A stretch of DNA of 64,000 nucleotides from an uncultured Chthonomonadaceae bacterium. Its GTDB lineage: Bacteria; Armatimonadota; Chthonomonadetes; Chthonomonadales; Chthonomonadaceae. The position numbers and the translations under genes were made by a program. Location of the stretch: positions 800,001 through 864,000 of the forward strand of contig CAWFQB010000005.1 in NCBI GenBank assembly GCA_963817895.1. The letters run 5' to 3'. Positions within the stretch are counted from its first letter, which is position 1. Each line of letters starts with the position of its first letter. Shown one piece after another: positions 30,412 through 40,670 of the stretch. The notes beneath the pieces are model-generated. The model saw only the letters and a program-made list of their open reading frames with translations, did not search any database and was not told the DNA's origin.

Positions 30412-32538
30412 ATGGCACGAGAATACCCTTTAGAGAAAATTCGCAACATCGGCATTGCGGCTCACATTGACGCCGGCAAGACCACCTGTACCGAGCGCAT
30501 CCTGTTCTATACCGGGCGCACACACCGCATCGGCGAAGTGCATGAGGGCGCGGCCACAATGGACTGGATGACGCAGGAGCAGGAGCGTGGCATCACCATT
30601 ACGTCTGCCGCTACCACCTGTTTCTGGGGCCTGAATACCGATCCCGCCACGATGGCGCGCGAACGTTCGCACCGTATCAACATCATTGACACGCCCGGAC
30701 ACGTAGACTTTACCGTTGAAGTTGAGCGTTCCATGCGCGTTCTGGATGGCGTTGTCGCCGTCTTCTGCGCAGTCGGCGGCGTACAGCCGCAGTCCGAAAC
30801 CGTGTGGCGGCAGGCCAACAAGTACAAGGTTCCGCGCATCGCGTTCGTCAACAAAATGGATCGCATGGGCGCGAACTTCTTCGGCGTTGTCGAAAAAATG
30901 CGCGAACGGCTGGGCGCGAACGCGGTTCCGATCCAGATTCCGATTGGCGCGGAAGCCGAGTTCCTGGGCGTTGTTGACATCATTACCATGAAGGCCATCA
31001 AGTACCACGACGATCAGGGCCAGACCTATGACGAAGTGGACATTCCCGCCGACCTGGTGGATGTGGCGAACGAATACCACACCAAAGTGATCGAAGCGGC
31101 AGCCGAAGCCGACGAAAGCCTGATTGAAAAGTACCTGGAAGGCCAGCCGATTTCCGTGGACGAAATCCGCAACGCCCTGCGCATGGGAACCATTGCCGGC
31201 ACGGTAATGCCCGTCGTGTGTGGTTCGGCCTACAAGAACAAGGGCGTACAGCAACTGCTCGACGCGGTCCTGTACTTCCTGCCGTCCCCTCTGGATGTCA
31301 GCGGCATTCCCGGCATCAACCCGGACAAAGGCACGGAAGAGACGCGGCAGCCTGCCGACGATCAGCCGTTCAGCGCCCTCGCGTTCAAAATCGCGCAGGA
31401 TCAATACGGCGTCCTGACGTTCTTCCGCGTGTATTCGGGAACGCTCAAAACGGGTGAAACCGTGCTGAACTCCACTCGCGACCGCAAGGAGCGCATCGGG
31501 CGGATCGTGCGGATGCATGCCAACACCCGCGAAGACGTGAGCGAAGTGAACGCGGGCGACATCGCGGCCATCGTAGGCTTGAAGGATACGCGCACCGGAG
31601 ATACCCTGTGCGACGATAAGAAACCGATTGTTTTGGAAGCCATTGACTTTCCGGAGCCGGTTATCTCCATCGCCATTGAGCCGAAAACCAAAGCGGATCA
31701 GGACAAGCTCTCCACCGCGCTGGTGAAACTGGCAAGCGAAGACCCGACGTTCCATGTGTCTACCGATCCGGAAACGGCGCAGACCATTCTGGCCGGTATG
31801 GGCGAACTGCACCTGGACATCAAGGTTGACATTCTGAAACGCACGTATGGCGTGGAAGCCAACTTCGGCGCGCCGCAGGTGGCGTACCGCGAAACCATCG
31901 GGCAGCATGCCGTGGCGCGCGTTCCGTTCAAGCGGCAAACGGGCGGTTCCGGTCAGTACGGCGACTGTGAGCTGGAAGTGGACCCGCAGGAACCGGGCAA
32001 GGGCTACGAGTTCGTCAACAAGCTGACGGGCGGCTCGATCCCGAAGGAATTCGTTCCCGCCATTGAAAAGGGCGTGAAGGAAGCCTTGGAAGCGGGCGTG
32101 ATTGCCGGCTACCCGGTTGTGGACGTGAGAGTGTCCGTAACCGACGGCTCATACCACGAAGTCGACTCCAGCGAAATCGCCTTCAAAGTGGCCGCCAACC
32201 AGACGATGAAGGAAGCCCTGCGCAAAGGACGCTCGTACATCAAAGAGCCGATTATGGCAATTGAAGTGACCACGCCCGAAGCCAACATGGGCGACGTGAT
32301 CGGCGACATCAACCGTCGGCGCGGTCAGGTGGAAGGCATGGAGCCGGAGCCGGGCGGCAAGCAGGTTGTGCGCGCGCAGTGTCCCCTGTCCGAAATGTTC
32401 GGGTACGTGAACGATCTGCGCGGGTTTTCGCAGGGCCGCGCGTCCTTCACCATGACGCCCTCGCACTACGCGGAAGTGCCGCGCAACGTGGCGGAAGAGA
32501 TCGCCGCCAAGAGCGGCAAGCAGCCCGTCAAGGCATAG
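30412..32538 (+). CDS. fusA: Elongation factor G
   Basis: [43 protein letters not shown]. Confidence 0.99.
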   Translation: MAREYPLEKIRNIGIAAHIDAGKTTCTERILFYTGRTHRIGEVHEGAATMDWMTQEQERGITITSAATTCFWGLNTDPATMARERSHRINIIDTPGHVDFTVEVERSMRVLDGVVAVFCAVGGVQPQSETVWRQANKYKVPRIAFVNKMDRMGANFFGVVEKMRERLGANAVPIQIPIGAEAEFLGVVDIITMKAIKYHDDQGQTYDEVDIPADLVDVANEYHTKVIEAAAEADESLIEKYLEGQPISVDEIRNALRMGTIAGTVMPVVCGSAYKNKGVQQLLDAVLYFLPSPLDVSGIPGINPDKGTEETRQPADDQPFSALAFKIAQDQYGVLTFFRVYSGTLKTGETVLNSTRDRKERIGRIVRMHANTREDVSEVNAGDIAAIVGLKDTRTGDTLCDDKKPIVLEAIDFPEPVISIAIEPKTKADQDKLSTALVKLASEDPTFHVSTDPETAQTILAGMGELHLDIKVDILKRTYGVEANFGAPQVAYRETIGQHAVARVPFKRQTGGSGQYGDCELEVDPQEPGKGYEFVNKLTGGSIPKEFVPAIEKGVKEALEAGVIAGYPVVDVRVSVTDGSYHEVDSSEIAFKVAANQTMKEALRKGRSYIKEPIMAIEVTTPEANMGDVIGDINRRRGQVEGMEPEPGGKQVVRAQCPLSEMFGYVNDLRGFSQGRASFTMTPSHYAEVPRNVAEEIAAKSGKQPVKA

Positions 32539-32550
32539 CGCAGTAACTCA

Positions 32551-32592
32551 GGGAGTAAGGGGCAGTTGTCTGTCCCTTACTCCCGTTTCTTT
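32551..32592 (+). terminator. Intrinsic terminator after fusA
   Basis: GGGAGTAAGGGGCAG/CTGTCCCTTACTCCC stem followed by GTTTCTTT. Confidence 0.8.
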
Positions 32593-32681
32593 GCTTCTTA
32601 TATTTTTGCCTGATGAAGTTTGTTTCCGGCGTTGATACCGCGCGTTCACACGACGCGCTTTGTGCCTGTCTGGATGCGTGA

Positions 32682-33182
32682 ATGACTCTCCTGACGCGAC
32701 TGGCTGTTAAAGAACCCTTTGAGACATGGCCGGATATGGAACTTGCCGCAACAGAACGCTATTGGGACGGCCTGGCATTAGCGGCACATGACCTGTCACG
32801 CAATACAGGGGCGGTCTACTGTTTCGGCTACGTTGTCGAGATGTTGTTAAAGGCAGCGTACTTTCGCGTTACCGGTGTGGCAGATACGCAGAACTTAAAT
32901 GCAGGGCCATTAGCTGCTATGCGAACGCAGGCCGCATGGCGCGGACGTAATTTACACGATTTGCAAGGGTTAGCCAGTCTGTTGATTGACGTGAGGCAGG
33001 CGCTTGGCATTGCGTTTGATCCCGCTGTGGCCGCGCAAATGCTGTGGTATGTACTCACAGTGGATTCTCATTGGAGAGAAACCCTGCGCTACAAGCACAC
33101 TCCCGCGCTGGAAGAAGAGCTGCATGAGGTGTATTACGGTGTAGAGTGGATTTGGGAGCATCGTAATTTGTTGTGGAGTTAA
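32682..33182 (+). CDS. HEPN-domain-like protein
   Basis: R..D...L..GAVY..GYVVEMLLKA, RGRNLHDL, W.E.LRY. Confidence 0.75.
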   Translation: MTLLTRLAVKEPFETWPDMELAATERYWDGLALAAHDLSRNTGAVYCFGYVVEMLLKAAYFRVTGVADTQNLNAGPLAAMRTQAAWRGRNLHDLQGLASLLIDVRQALGIAFDPAVAAQMLWYVLTVDSHWRETLRYKHTPALEEELHEVYYGVEWIWEHRNLLWS

Positions 33183-33185
33183 ACC

Positions 33186-33500
33186 ATGCCGGTAATTAGA
33201 ATTCATCCAACAGTTCCGCAAGCCCCGCCGGAGTTAGTAGCCGCGCTTGCCGACGAGTTGCGGCGTAATGAGGTGGATGGGCCGGAAGACGCGCCGCATA
33301 TTGTTGAGGAAGAAGCCCTGCGCGGCAACTACTTTGCGGTCAAAGTGATATGGGATGCCTGGAAAGGTCTTGACCCGGAACTCCGTAGTCGCGCCATCAT
33401 GGATGCTTACAATCAAGTGAGGCCGGAAGATGTGTCTCACATCAGCCTTGCAATCGGTTTTACCCATGCGGACGCGCAACGCTTCAATATCGCTTCCTGA
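33186..33500 (+). CDS. Small hypothetical protein, BolA/KH-like pattern, putative HEPN partner
   Basis: VKVIWDAWKGLDPELRSRAIMDAY...IGFTHADA; starts 3 nt after the HEPN stop. Confidence 0.65.
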   Translation: MPVIRIHPTVPQAPPELVAALADELRRNEVDGPEDAPHIVEEEALRGNYFAVKVIWDAWKGLDPELRSRAIMDAYNQVRPEDVSHISLAIGFTHADAQRFNIAS

Positions 33501-33515
33501 AGCAGAGGTGGTCCA

Positions 33516-34112
33516 ATGTCTAAGATCAAACCAGACTGCGACCAATCCGCGCCCTTTCTGATGTGGGTTGAAGAGATTACAAGGCTACGCCGCGATATTT
33601 GCCTTGTGATTGGGCTTGTTGAGCGCGGGAAATTAGAACTTAATGCGCGTATCGAAGTTGTAGGCGGACAATCCGTTCAACAGGCGCGTATCGCAGACAT
33701 TGAACAGTTCTACAAAAAACAAACTGTTATGCGTTGTGGAGAGCAGGCAGGTGTTCTTCTTAGGCCGACGCCCAAAAAAATAACTCAAGATTGTGTCATT
33801 GCTGCGCCGGACAGTATTCAGGCATGTACAAAATTTCGCGGCAATATACAAGTCGTGAACGAAGCGGAAGGCAGCGGCAAACCTGTCTTCCTTACAGGCG
33901 AAGAAGTTCAGTTCTTCTTTCGTAATATTTATGTGCCGGGAACTTATACGTTCCTTGATGGTTTCGATTCGACAGTATCCGAGAACAGAGTGATTCTGAT
34001 TTGTACGCTTACTCGCCCTGTTGCCATGGAAGAAGGACAAGAGTTTACCGTCTATAGCAACGGGAGAGTTGTTGGAATAGGTAAGGTTGTCGAACTGATT
34101 ACGAAAAGTTGA
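33516..34112 (+). CDS. Divergent EF-Tu domain II+III protein lacking the GTPase domain
   Basis: Colinear with the EF-Tu C-terminal half: PFLM.VE, G.VERG, IEQF.K, GE..GVLLR, TKF, EG, QFFFR, TL..PVAMEEG..F, GRVVG.G.V; own GAGG RBS. Confidence 0.85.
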   Translation: MSKIKPDCDQSAPFLMWVEEITRLRRDICLVIGLVERGKLELNARIEVVGGQSVQQARIADIEQFYKKQTVMRCGEQAGVLLRPTPKKITQDCVIAAPDSIQACTKFRGNIQVVNEAEGSGKPVFLTGEEVQFFFRNIYVPGTYTFLDGFDSTVSENRVILICTLTRPVAMEEGQEFTVYSNGRVVGIGKVVELITKS

Positions 34113-34129
34113 GCTTCTGGAGGAACAAA

Positions 34130-34375
34130 ATGCCGGAAGAAGCTAATATGGCGGCGGATTGGCTCAAACAAGCTGCCGCCGAACGTGGAATGGCAGACAG
34201 GTTCAGCGCCACGTATATGCGCGCTGACAGAGAATGGTTATATTTCGCGGTGCGGCTGAGTAACGCAGGTGATGCTTCGGAAAGAGCAAATTTATTGCTT
34301 GATCTGGAAGACGCCTGGGAGTCTCACGAACCGAACCCGCGCTGGCATTTGATGTTGATGCCTTCCGGCGCGTAG
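34130..34375 (+). CDS. Small hypothetical protein (paralog of 35053..35346)
   Basis: GGAGG RBS; WLKQAA...LEDAW.SHEPNP..HL.L.P. Confidence 0.75.
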   Translation: MPEEANMAADWLKQAAAERGMADRFSATYMRADREWLYFAVRLSNAGDASERANLLLDLEDAWESHEPNPRWHLMLMPSGA

Positions 34376-34514
34376 GAAGCGCGCGATTGACCGATAAACC
34401 AACAGTCGGCTTTATTCCTGCAAATGAAGCCGAACTGATTGCGAAAAATTGAGGTATAATAGCAAGCCGGTCTGCGGACAACGGATGCCCGACCGGTTTT
34501 TGCTTTGACTATGG

Positions 34515-34613
34515 TTCAGGTATTCAGGTATTCAGGTATTCAGGTATTCAGGTTAGGCGCAATTCCTTCCTGTACACCTGAATACCTGAATACCTGAATA
34601 CCTGAATACCTGA
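34515..34613. repeat. Inverted pair of TTCAGGTA octamer arrays in the rpsJ leader
   Basis: (TTCAGGTA)x4+ ... (TACCTGAA)x4+. Confidence 0.93.
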
Positions 34614-34630
34614 CACAGAAAGAGGTACTA

Positions 34631-34951
34631 ATGCCACCCCTCGGACGACAGGACAAGGTTCGCATTCGCTTGCGGGCTTTTGACCACCGCATCCTGGACC
34701 AGTCGGCAGAAAAGATCGTGGATACCGCCAAGCGCACGGGCGCGCGCGTGGCCGGACCCGTTCTTCTTCCGACCGAGAAGCTGATCATCTGCGTGAACCG
34801 CAGCACGACCATTGACAAAGAGAGCATGGAGCATTTCGAGCAACGGACGCATAAGCGCCTGATTGATATTCTCGAACCCGGCCCCAAAACCATTGACGCG
34901 CTGATGCGCCTCGATCTGCCGAGCGGCGTTGACATCGAAATAAAACTGTAG
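34631..34951 (+). CDS. rpsJ: 30S ribosomal protein S10
   Basis: [39 protein letters not shown]. Confidence 0.99.
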   Translation: MPPLGRQDKVRIRLRAFDHRILDQSAEKIVDTAKRTGARVAGPVLLPTEKLIICVNRSTTIDKESMEHFEQRTHKRLIDILEPGPKTIDALMRLDLPSGVDIEIKL

Positions 34952-35052
34952 GCGCAACGTTTATGGAACTCTGGCAGCAATGGTGGATGCTGGCGCAGTA
35001 ATCGGTTCATCACGGCTCAGATAGAAGCGATTTTGCCGAAAGAAAACTAGCA

Positions 35053-35346
35053 ATGGCTGATTTGTTGGAGAAACCAGTCCGGCTGGATCTCGATGCGCTT
35101 CACGCCTGGCTAGAGCAAGAGGCAAAAGCGCAAAACATTCAGGCATATTTCGCAATCCGAAGCGCGAAGGTGCTTGAGGATGGCTACCTTAAATTGCCGA
35201 CCTACATCGGCAATCCAGGAACTGCCTTTGAACAGGTGGTCTTGATGGGAAACCTTGAAGACGCCTGGAACGATCAGGAACCGAAGCCTGAGTTTAAGCT
35301 GCACCTCTACCCGATGGGCAAGCCCCGCGAGTGGAGCAGCGAGTAG
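35053..35346 (+). CDS. Small hypothetical protein inserted between rpsJ and rplC (paralog of 34130..34375)
   Basis: WLEQEA...LEDAWNDQEPKP..KLHLYP. Confidence 0.75.
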   Translation: MADLLEKPVRLDLDALHAWLEQEAKAQNIQAYFAIRSAKVLEDGYLKLPTYIGNPGTAFEQVVLMGNLEDAWNDQEPKPEFKLHLYPMGKPREWSSE

Positions 35347-35367
35347 AACGAGACACGAGGAGAAACT

Positions 35368-35997
35368 ATGGCGGTCGACACAATTCTGGGCAGAAAAATT
35401 GGCATGACCCAGGTCTTCAATGACCGGGGCGAAATCGTGCCGGTTTCCGTGATAGAAGCAGGCCCCTGCATTGTCACGCAGCTCAAAAGTGTTGAAAAAG
35501 ATGGCTATGTAGCTGTCCAGGTCGGGTTTGGCGAGATACGCCCCCGGCTTGTCAACAAACCGGAAACGGGGCACTTCACCAAAGCAGGCGTCACGCCCAC
35601 GCGACACCTGCGCGAAATCCGCACCGAGGACACGAGCGCGTACAAACTGGGAGATGCGATTACATGCGACATCTTTGCCGTTGATCAGCGCGTCAAGGTG
35701 ACGGGTATATCCAAAGGCAAAGGTTTTGCCGGCGTTGTCAAGCGCTTCCACTTTCATGGCGGCGATATGACGCACGGCTCGATGATCCACCGCAAGCCGC
35801 AGTCCAGCGGCGCGACCGATGCGGCCCGCACGTTCAAGGGGACCCGAAAACCCGGGCAGATGGGCAACAAGCAGGTGTCGGTGCGCGGATTGCGCATTGT
35901 GCGCGTGGATGCGGCACAGAATTTGCTGCTAATAGAGGGAGCCATTCCCGGCTCCGATGGCGGCCTTGTGACCATTCAGCGCCTGGCGCGACGTTAG
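35368..35997 (+). CDS. rplC: 50S ribosomal protein L3
   Basis: GRKIGMTQVF, SKGKGFAGVVKR. Confidence 0.99.
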   Translation: MAVDTILGRKIGMTQVFNDRGEIVPVSVIEAGPCIVTQLKSVEKDGYVAVQVGFGEIRPRLVNKPETGHFTKAGVTPTRHLREIRTEDTSAYKLGDAITCDIFAVDQRVKVTGISKGKGFAGVVKRFHFHGGDMTHGSMIHRKPQSSGATDAARTFKGTRKPGQMGNKQVSVRGLRIVRVDAAQNLLLIEGAIPGSDGGLVTIQRLARR

Positions 35998-36011
35998 GGA
36001 GACAACACATC

Positions 36012-36767
36012 ATGGCAAGCATAACATTAATGAACCAGGAGGGCGGCCAGGTTGGCGCGCTCGAACTGCCTGATGCGGTCTTCGGCGTCGAATACAATCA
36101 GGCGCTCGTCCATCAGGCTATCGTGTCCGAAGAGGCCAATCAGCGGCAGGGCACACACAACACTAAACAACGCTCCGATGTGCGCGGCGGCGGACGCAAG
36201 CCCTGGAAGCAAAAGGGGACGGGACGCGCCCGACAGGGTACGATTCGCGCCCCGCAGTGGCGTGGCGGCGGCGTTGTCTTTGGTCCGCACCCCCGTGATT
36301 ACCGCAAGGCGTTTCCTGTAGCGATGCGGCGCGGCGCAATGCGCAGCGTCCTTTCGGAAAAAGTCCGCGAAGGCAACATCATCGGTCTGGACGCGCTCAC
36401 GTTCGCGGAAGCCAAAACCAAAAACGCGGTCGCATTGCTCAAAGCGCTGAACTTAGGCAGCGAGAAGCATGTGCTGATCGTGGTTCCCGAACACAGCGAT
36501 ATGCTGCGGCGGGCTACGCGCAATCTGGAAAGCCAGGGTCTGGAACTTCGGTTCGCGCCCAACTTCTCCGTGCGCGACGCGCTGTTGGCGACCAAAATCG
36601 TCCTCGTGCAAGACGCGGTTGCTAAAATCGAAGCCGTGTGGAATTCCAAGAGCAAGCAGAAGACAAACAACGCGCTGGGCGCGCAGGATGAAACCGCCGA
36701 AGAAGCGGCTGCCGTTCTGACGGAAGACTCTACAATGGGAATAGAAGGAGCGGAGGTGTCCGCATGA
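36012..36767 (+). CDS. rplD: 50S ribosomal protein L4 with acidic C-terminal tail
   Basis: [26 protein letters not shown]. Confidence 0.99.
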   Translation: MASITLMNQEGGQVGALELPDAVFGVEYNQALVHQAIVSEEANQRQGTHNTKQRSDVRGGGRKPWKQKGTGRARQGTIRAPQWRGGGVVFGPHPRDYRKAFPVAMRRGAMRSVLSEKVREGNIIGLDALTFAEAKTKNAVALLKALNLGSEKHVLIVVPEHSDMLRRATRNLESQGLELRFAPNFSVRDALLATKIVLVQDAVAKIEAVWNSKSKQKTNNALGAQDETAEEAAAVLTEDSTMGIEGAEVSA

Positions 36768-37096
36768 GAAACGTACACGAAATCATTATTCGTCCCCTGA
36801 TGACGGAAAAAAGCACCATTCAGGCGCAGCAGAACAAATACCACTTCAAAGTGAATCCGACGGCCAACAAGATCGAAATCGCCGACGCGGTGGGCATTAT
36901 ATATGCCAACGCGGGCGCGAAAGTGCTGTCGGTTAATACCGTTCACGTCAAAGGCAAGAAAAAGCGGGCCATGAGCAAGGGCGGCAAGCCCGGCTATTCA
37001 CCCAACTGGAAAAAAGCCATCGTGACAACCGACAAGCCTCTCGAACTCTTCGATTTTATGAATCAGGAGACGGATGACCAGGGAGGACAGGTGTAA
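36764..37096 (+). CDS. rplW: 50S ribosomal protein L23
   Basis: [21 protein letters not shown]. Confidence 0.97.
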   Translation: MRNVHEIIIRPLMTEKSTIQAQQNKYHFKVNPTANKIEIADAVGIIYANAGAKVLSVNTVHVKGKKKRAMSKGGKPGYSPNWKKAIVTTDKPLELFDFMNQETDDQGGQV

Positions 37097-37098
37097 CC

Positions 37099-37959
37099 AT
37101 GCCCATTCGTCACTACAAACCGAATACGCCGGGAACCCGCTTCCGCTCCGTTGCCACCCATACGGAACTGACAAAGCAGGAGGGCAAAAACCAGCCCGTT
37201 CGCCCGCACAAACCCCTGCTGGAGCCGATCAAAAAGAGCGGCGGACGCAACAACAAGGGGCGTATCACGTCACGCTTCCGGGGCGGCGGCAACAAGCGCA
37301 TGTACCGGATCATTGACTTCAAGCGCAACAAGTACGATATGCCCGCAGCGGTCCGAACGATTGAGTACGATCCCAACCGCACCTGCCGTATCTCTCTGAT
37401 AGAGTATGCGGACGGCGAAAAGCGCTACATCCTGACGCCCATCGGCATGAAGGTCGGCGATACCGTGATTGCCAGCGAAACCGCGGACATTCGGCCCGGT
37501 AACAGCCTGCCTTTGTACGCCATTCCCGTCGGCACAGTGATCCACAATGTGGAACTGCATCTGGGCAAGGGCGGCCAACTGGTTCGCTCCGCCGGTGTGG
37601 GCGCGCAATTGATGGGCAAGGGCAGCGGCAGCAAGTTCGGTCAGGTGCGCCTGCCTTCGGGCGAAACGCGCCTGATCCTGCTGACGTGCCATGCCACTAT
37701 CGGACAGGTCGGCAACCCCGAACACGAGAATATCTCGTACGGCAAAGCGGGCGCAACCCGATGGCGCGGACGACGCGGCCATGTGCGCGGTATTGCCATG
37801 ACCCCACGCGATCACCCGCATGGTGGCGGCGAAGCGCAAAGCCCCATCGGACGCAAAAAAGGTCCGGCTTCGCCCTGGGGTAAACCCGCCATTGGCGCCA
37901 AGACCCGCCGCAACAAGGCGACGGACAAGTTCATTATTCGCCGACGAAATAGCAAATAG
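37099..37959 (+). CDS. rplB: 50S ribosomal protein L2
   Basis: [23 protein letters not shown]. Confidence 0.99.
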   Translation: MPIRHYKPNTPGTRFRSVATHTELTKQEGKNQPVRPHKPLLEPIKKSGGRNNKGRITSRFRGGGNKRMYRIIDFKRNKYDMPAAVRTIEYDPNRTCRISLIEYADGEKRYILTPIGMKVGDTVIASETADIRPGNSLPLYAIPVGTVIHNVELHLGKGGQLVRSAGVGAQLMGKGSGSKFGQVRLPSGETRLILLTCHATIGQVGNPEHENISYGKAGATRWRGRRGHVRGIAMTPRDHPHGGGEAQSPIGRKKGPASPWGKPAIGAKTRRNKATDKFIIRRRNSK

Positions 37960-38074
37960 GGAGTAGGGAGTAGGCAGTAGGGAGTAGGTAAATGCCCTGT
38001 TCCATTAACTCTTAAATCAAGAGTGTAGTAGGTAGTGTATTTACCTACTTCCTACTCCCTACTCCCTACTCCCT
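37957..38074. repeat. Inverted pair of TAGGGAG heptamer arrays, rplB-rpsS
   Basis: Array starts at the rplB TAG stop; right arm CCTACTTCCTACTCCCTACTCCCTACTCCCT ends at the rpsS RBS. Confidence 0.93.
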
Positions 38075-38083
38075 GGAGTTACC

Positions 38084-38371
38084 ATGGGACGTTCACTCAA
38101 AAAAGGACCGTATGCCGATCCCAAGCTGCTGGAAAAGGTGCGGGGCATGAATGCGCGCAACGAAAAAAAGGCCATCAAGACCTGGTCGCGCCGCTCCACC
38201 ATTTTCCCCGACTTTATCGGTCATACCATGCTCGTACACGATGGGCGCAAGCATATTCCGATCTTCATCACTGAAAACATGGTCGGGCACAAGCTGGGCG
38301 AATTCGCCGCAACGCGCCTTTTCCGTGGACATGCCGGACAGCAGGTGGAACGCCGCTCCGGCGTCAAATAG
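38084..38371 (+). CDS. rpsS: 30S ribosomal protein S19
   Basis: [24 protein letters not shown]. Confidence 0.99.
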   Translation: MGRSLKKGPYADPKLLEKVRGMNARNEKKAIKTWSRRSTIFPDFIGHTMLVHDGRKHIPIFITENMVGHKLGEFAATRLFRGHAGQQVERRSGVK

Positions 38372-38389
38372 AAAGGGACGCGAACCGTC

Positions 38390-39262
38390 ATGTCTGATGA
38401 TACGATAGACTCGAACGTGGCCGTTATGGAACGCCCGCGTCAGCACCGCGAAAACCGCAAAAAGAATATCGGGCGCAAAGTGGCCCCCAACCAGGCGTTT
38501 GCCGTCGTCAAGTTCATCCGCGTGCCGCCGCGCAAAGCGCGGCTGGTTATCAACGAAGTGCGCGGCAAGTACACCAACGACGCGCTGGCGTTTCTGCGCT
38601 TTATTCCCAACCGCGCGGCAGGTTACATCTCCAAAGTGCTGTATTCCGCCGTCGCCAACGCCGCCAACAATCACGGCCTGAACCCGGACAACCTGAAGCT
38701 GGTGGAAGCCCGCGTGGACGAAGGCCCGCGCATGAAGCGCGTCCAGCCCCGCGCACAGGGGCGGGCGTACCGCATCCTGAAGCGCATGAGCCATATCACA
38801 GTTGTTGTGGAAGAGGTCGGTCCCAAGCCGCGCAAGCCGAAAAAGGCGGGACGCCGCAACCAGCAGCCCGGTCGCCAACAGCAGGCCGCTCCGATGACAA
38901 CGGCGGCCCCGGTCAGCATTGCGGAAGATACGGAAATCACCACACCGGTAACGGCAGTGGAAGATACCGCGTCCGCCGCAGTGGCAGCCGAGGCGACAAC
39001 GCCGGTCACTCCGACAACGGAAACAACCACATCCGCGAGTGAAGCGACGGCAGCGCCGGAAGCAACACCCGCCACTGCTGACGTGCCGGAAGGTCCGCAA
39101 ACGGCGAACCCGGCAGCCACGGACGAAATTGGCGCGCCGACCACGCCGGACGCAGTGGAACCGACAATCGCCTCCACGGATGGCGACGTAACCGGCGATA
39201 CGCAGGCGGAAACCGCCAACACTCAGGACAAAACCGACGAAATCGGAGCGCCGACGGAGTAG
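38390..39262 (+). CDS. rplV: 50S ribosomal protein L22 with long Ala/Thr/Glu/Pro-rich C-terminal tail
   Basis: PRKARLV, SAVANA, DEGP, PRAQGRA..ILKRMSHITV; 290 aa. Confidence 0.97.
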   Translation: MSDDTIDSNVAVMERPRQHRENRKKNIGRKVAPNQAFAVVKFIRVPPRKARLVINEVRGKYTNDALAFLRFIPNRAAGYISKVLYSAVANAANNHGLNPDNLKLVEARVDEGPRMKRVQPRAQGRAYRILKRMSHITVVVEEVGPKPRKPKKAGRRNQQPGRQQQAAPMTTAAPVSIAEDTEITTPVTAVEDTASAAVAAEATTPVTPTTETTTSASEATAAPEATPATADVPEGPQTANPAATDEIGAPTTPDAVEPTIASTDGDVTGDTQAETANTQDKTDEIGAPTE

Positions 39263-39267
39263 GAGGG

Positions 39268-39390
39268 AAGATACGAGATACGAGATACGAGATACGAGTG
39301 GGGAACTATAATTCCGCGTTTTCTCGGTTCAGGGAATACAGTGTAGGATGGTCTTTTCACTTGTATCTTGTATCTCGTATCTCGTATCTT
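39268..39390. repeat. Inverted pair of GATACGA heptamer arrays, rplV-rpsC
   Basis: (AGATACG)x4 ... TTGTATCTTGTATCTCGTATCTCGTATCTT. Confidence 0.93.
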
Positions 39391-39409
39391 CTGCCTCTCA
39401 GGAGAGACT

Positions 39410-40657
39410 ATGGGCCAGAAAGTACACCCAATCGGATTTCGAATCGGCGTGATTCGCGACACGGAGAGCAAGTGGTATCTCCCGAAGCGCGGTTTCGCCG
39501 ATGCCGTATATGAAGATTACAAGATTCGCCGTTATATCAAGAAGCACAAAATTCTTGCCAACGCCGCTATTTCCCGCGTGGAAATCGAGCGGGGCGGCAA
39601 CCGCGTAAAAGCCACGCTGCACACCGCCAAACCCGGCATCATCATCGGGCGGCAGGGGCAGGGCGTGGACAACCTGAAAGCCGAACTGGAAAAGTTGACA
39701 CAGAAACAGGTGCATGTTTCAGTCAATGAAATCCGGCAGCCCGATCAGGACGCGCAGCTCGTGGCCGAAAGCATCGCGCAGCAGATCGAAAAGCGCATCG
39801 CGTACAAACGCGCCATGCGTCAGGCGGTTCTTCGCGCCATGAAACTGGGCGTCAAGGGTATCCGCGTGATGTGTTCCGGGCGGCTCGCGGGCGCGGAAAT
39901 GGCGCGCAAAGAGCAGGATCGCCAAGGCAAAATTCCGCTTCACACCCTCCGCGCCGACATTGACTACGGCTTTGCCGAAGCGGCAACCACGTATGGCAAC
40001 ATTGGCATCAAAGTGTGGATTTACAAGGGCGATGTTCTGCCGGGACAGGCGCGGCAAACGGAGTCCGAGCCGGCTCGCCCGCAGCGCGGCGATGGCCGCC
40101 CGGATCGTTCCGGCGAACGGTCGGACAGCGGACGTGGCGGTGATCGCGGCGGCAGGGGCGGCAGAAGCGGTGGCGGCGGTGATCGCGGCGGACGCGGTGG
40201 CGGCGGCGGTGGACGCGGCGGCCAGGGTAGCGGCGGCTTTAGCGGCGGCGGTGGTCAAGGCGGTGGCGGCTTCAGTGGCGGTGGCGGTCGCGGCGGTCAA
40301 GGCGGCGGTGGCGGCTACCAGGGCGGCGGTCAAGGCGGTCAGGCTGGCGGTCAGGCCGGACCTGCCCGCACCGGCGGACGCGGCGACGGCTTTGGCGGCG
40401 CGGCGCAGGGCGGCCCGCGCGCGCAGGGTACGGGCGGCAGTCGTCCAAGTGGCGGGGGCGGCGGCACAAGCCGACCGGGCGCAGGTGGTGGGCCGAGCGG
40501 CGTACCGGGCGGCGGCGGGCGACCTGCCGGCGAGCCGGGGCCGCGCGCCGATGTGAGTGGAACCGGGCGCGAGGCGCCCCAGGGTCATCAGGATCAACGC
40601 GGGGGCGCAGGCCCCGGCGGCGGTCATCCCAACGACAATCCTACACCGAACGAGTAG
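39410..40657 (+). CDS. rpsC: 30S ribosomal protein S3 with about 200-aa Gly/Arg-rich tail
   Basis: [38 protein letters not shown]. Confidence 0.98.
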   Translation: MGQKVHPIGFRIGVIRDTESKWYLPKRGFADAVYEDYKIRRYIKKHKILANAAISRVEIERGGNRVKATLHTAKPGIIIGRQGQGVDNLKAELEKLTQKQVHVSVNEIRQPDQDAQLVAESIAQQIEKRIAYKRAMRQAVLRAMKLGVKGIRVMCSGRLAGAEMARKEQDRQGKIPLHTLRADIDYGFAEAATTYGNIGIKVWIYKGDVLPGQARQTESEPARPQRGDGRPDRSGERSDSGRGGDRGGRGGRSGGGGDRGGRGGGGGGRGGQGSGGFSGGGGQGGGGFSGGGGRGGQGGGGGYQGGGQGGQAGGQAGPARTGGRGDGFGGAAQGGPRAQGTGGSRPSGGGGGTSRPGAGGGPSGVPGGGGRPAGEPGPRADVSGTGREAPQGHQDQRGGAGPGGGHPNDNPTPNE

Positions 40658-40670
40658 GTGCAAGGCAATG

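Noticed and set aside
30430..31938. Long antisense ORFs (502 aa opposite fusA; also opposite xylA, rplV, ppx)
   Set aside because: Expected shadows of GC-rich, highly biased coding strands; no motifs or RBS.
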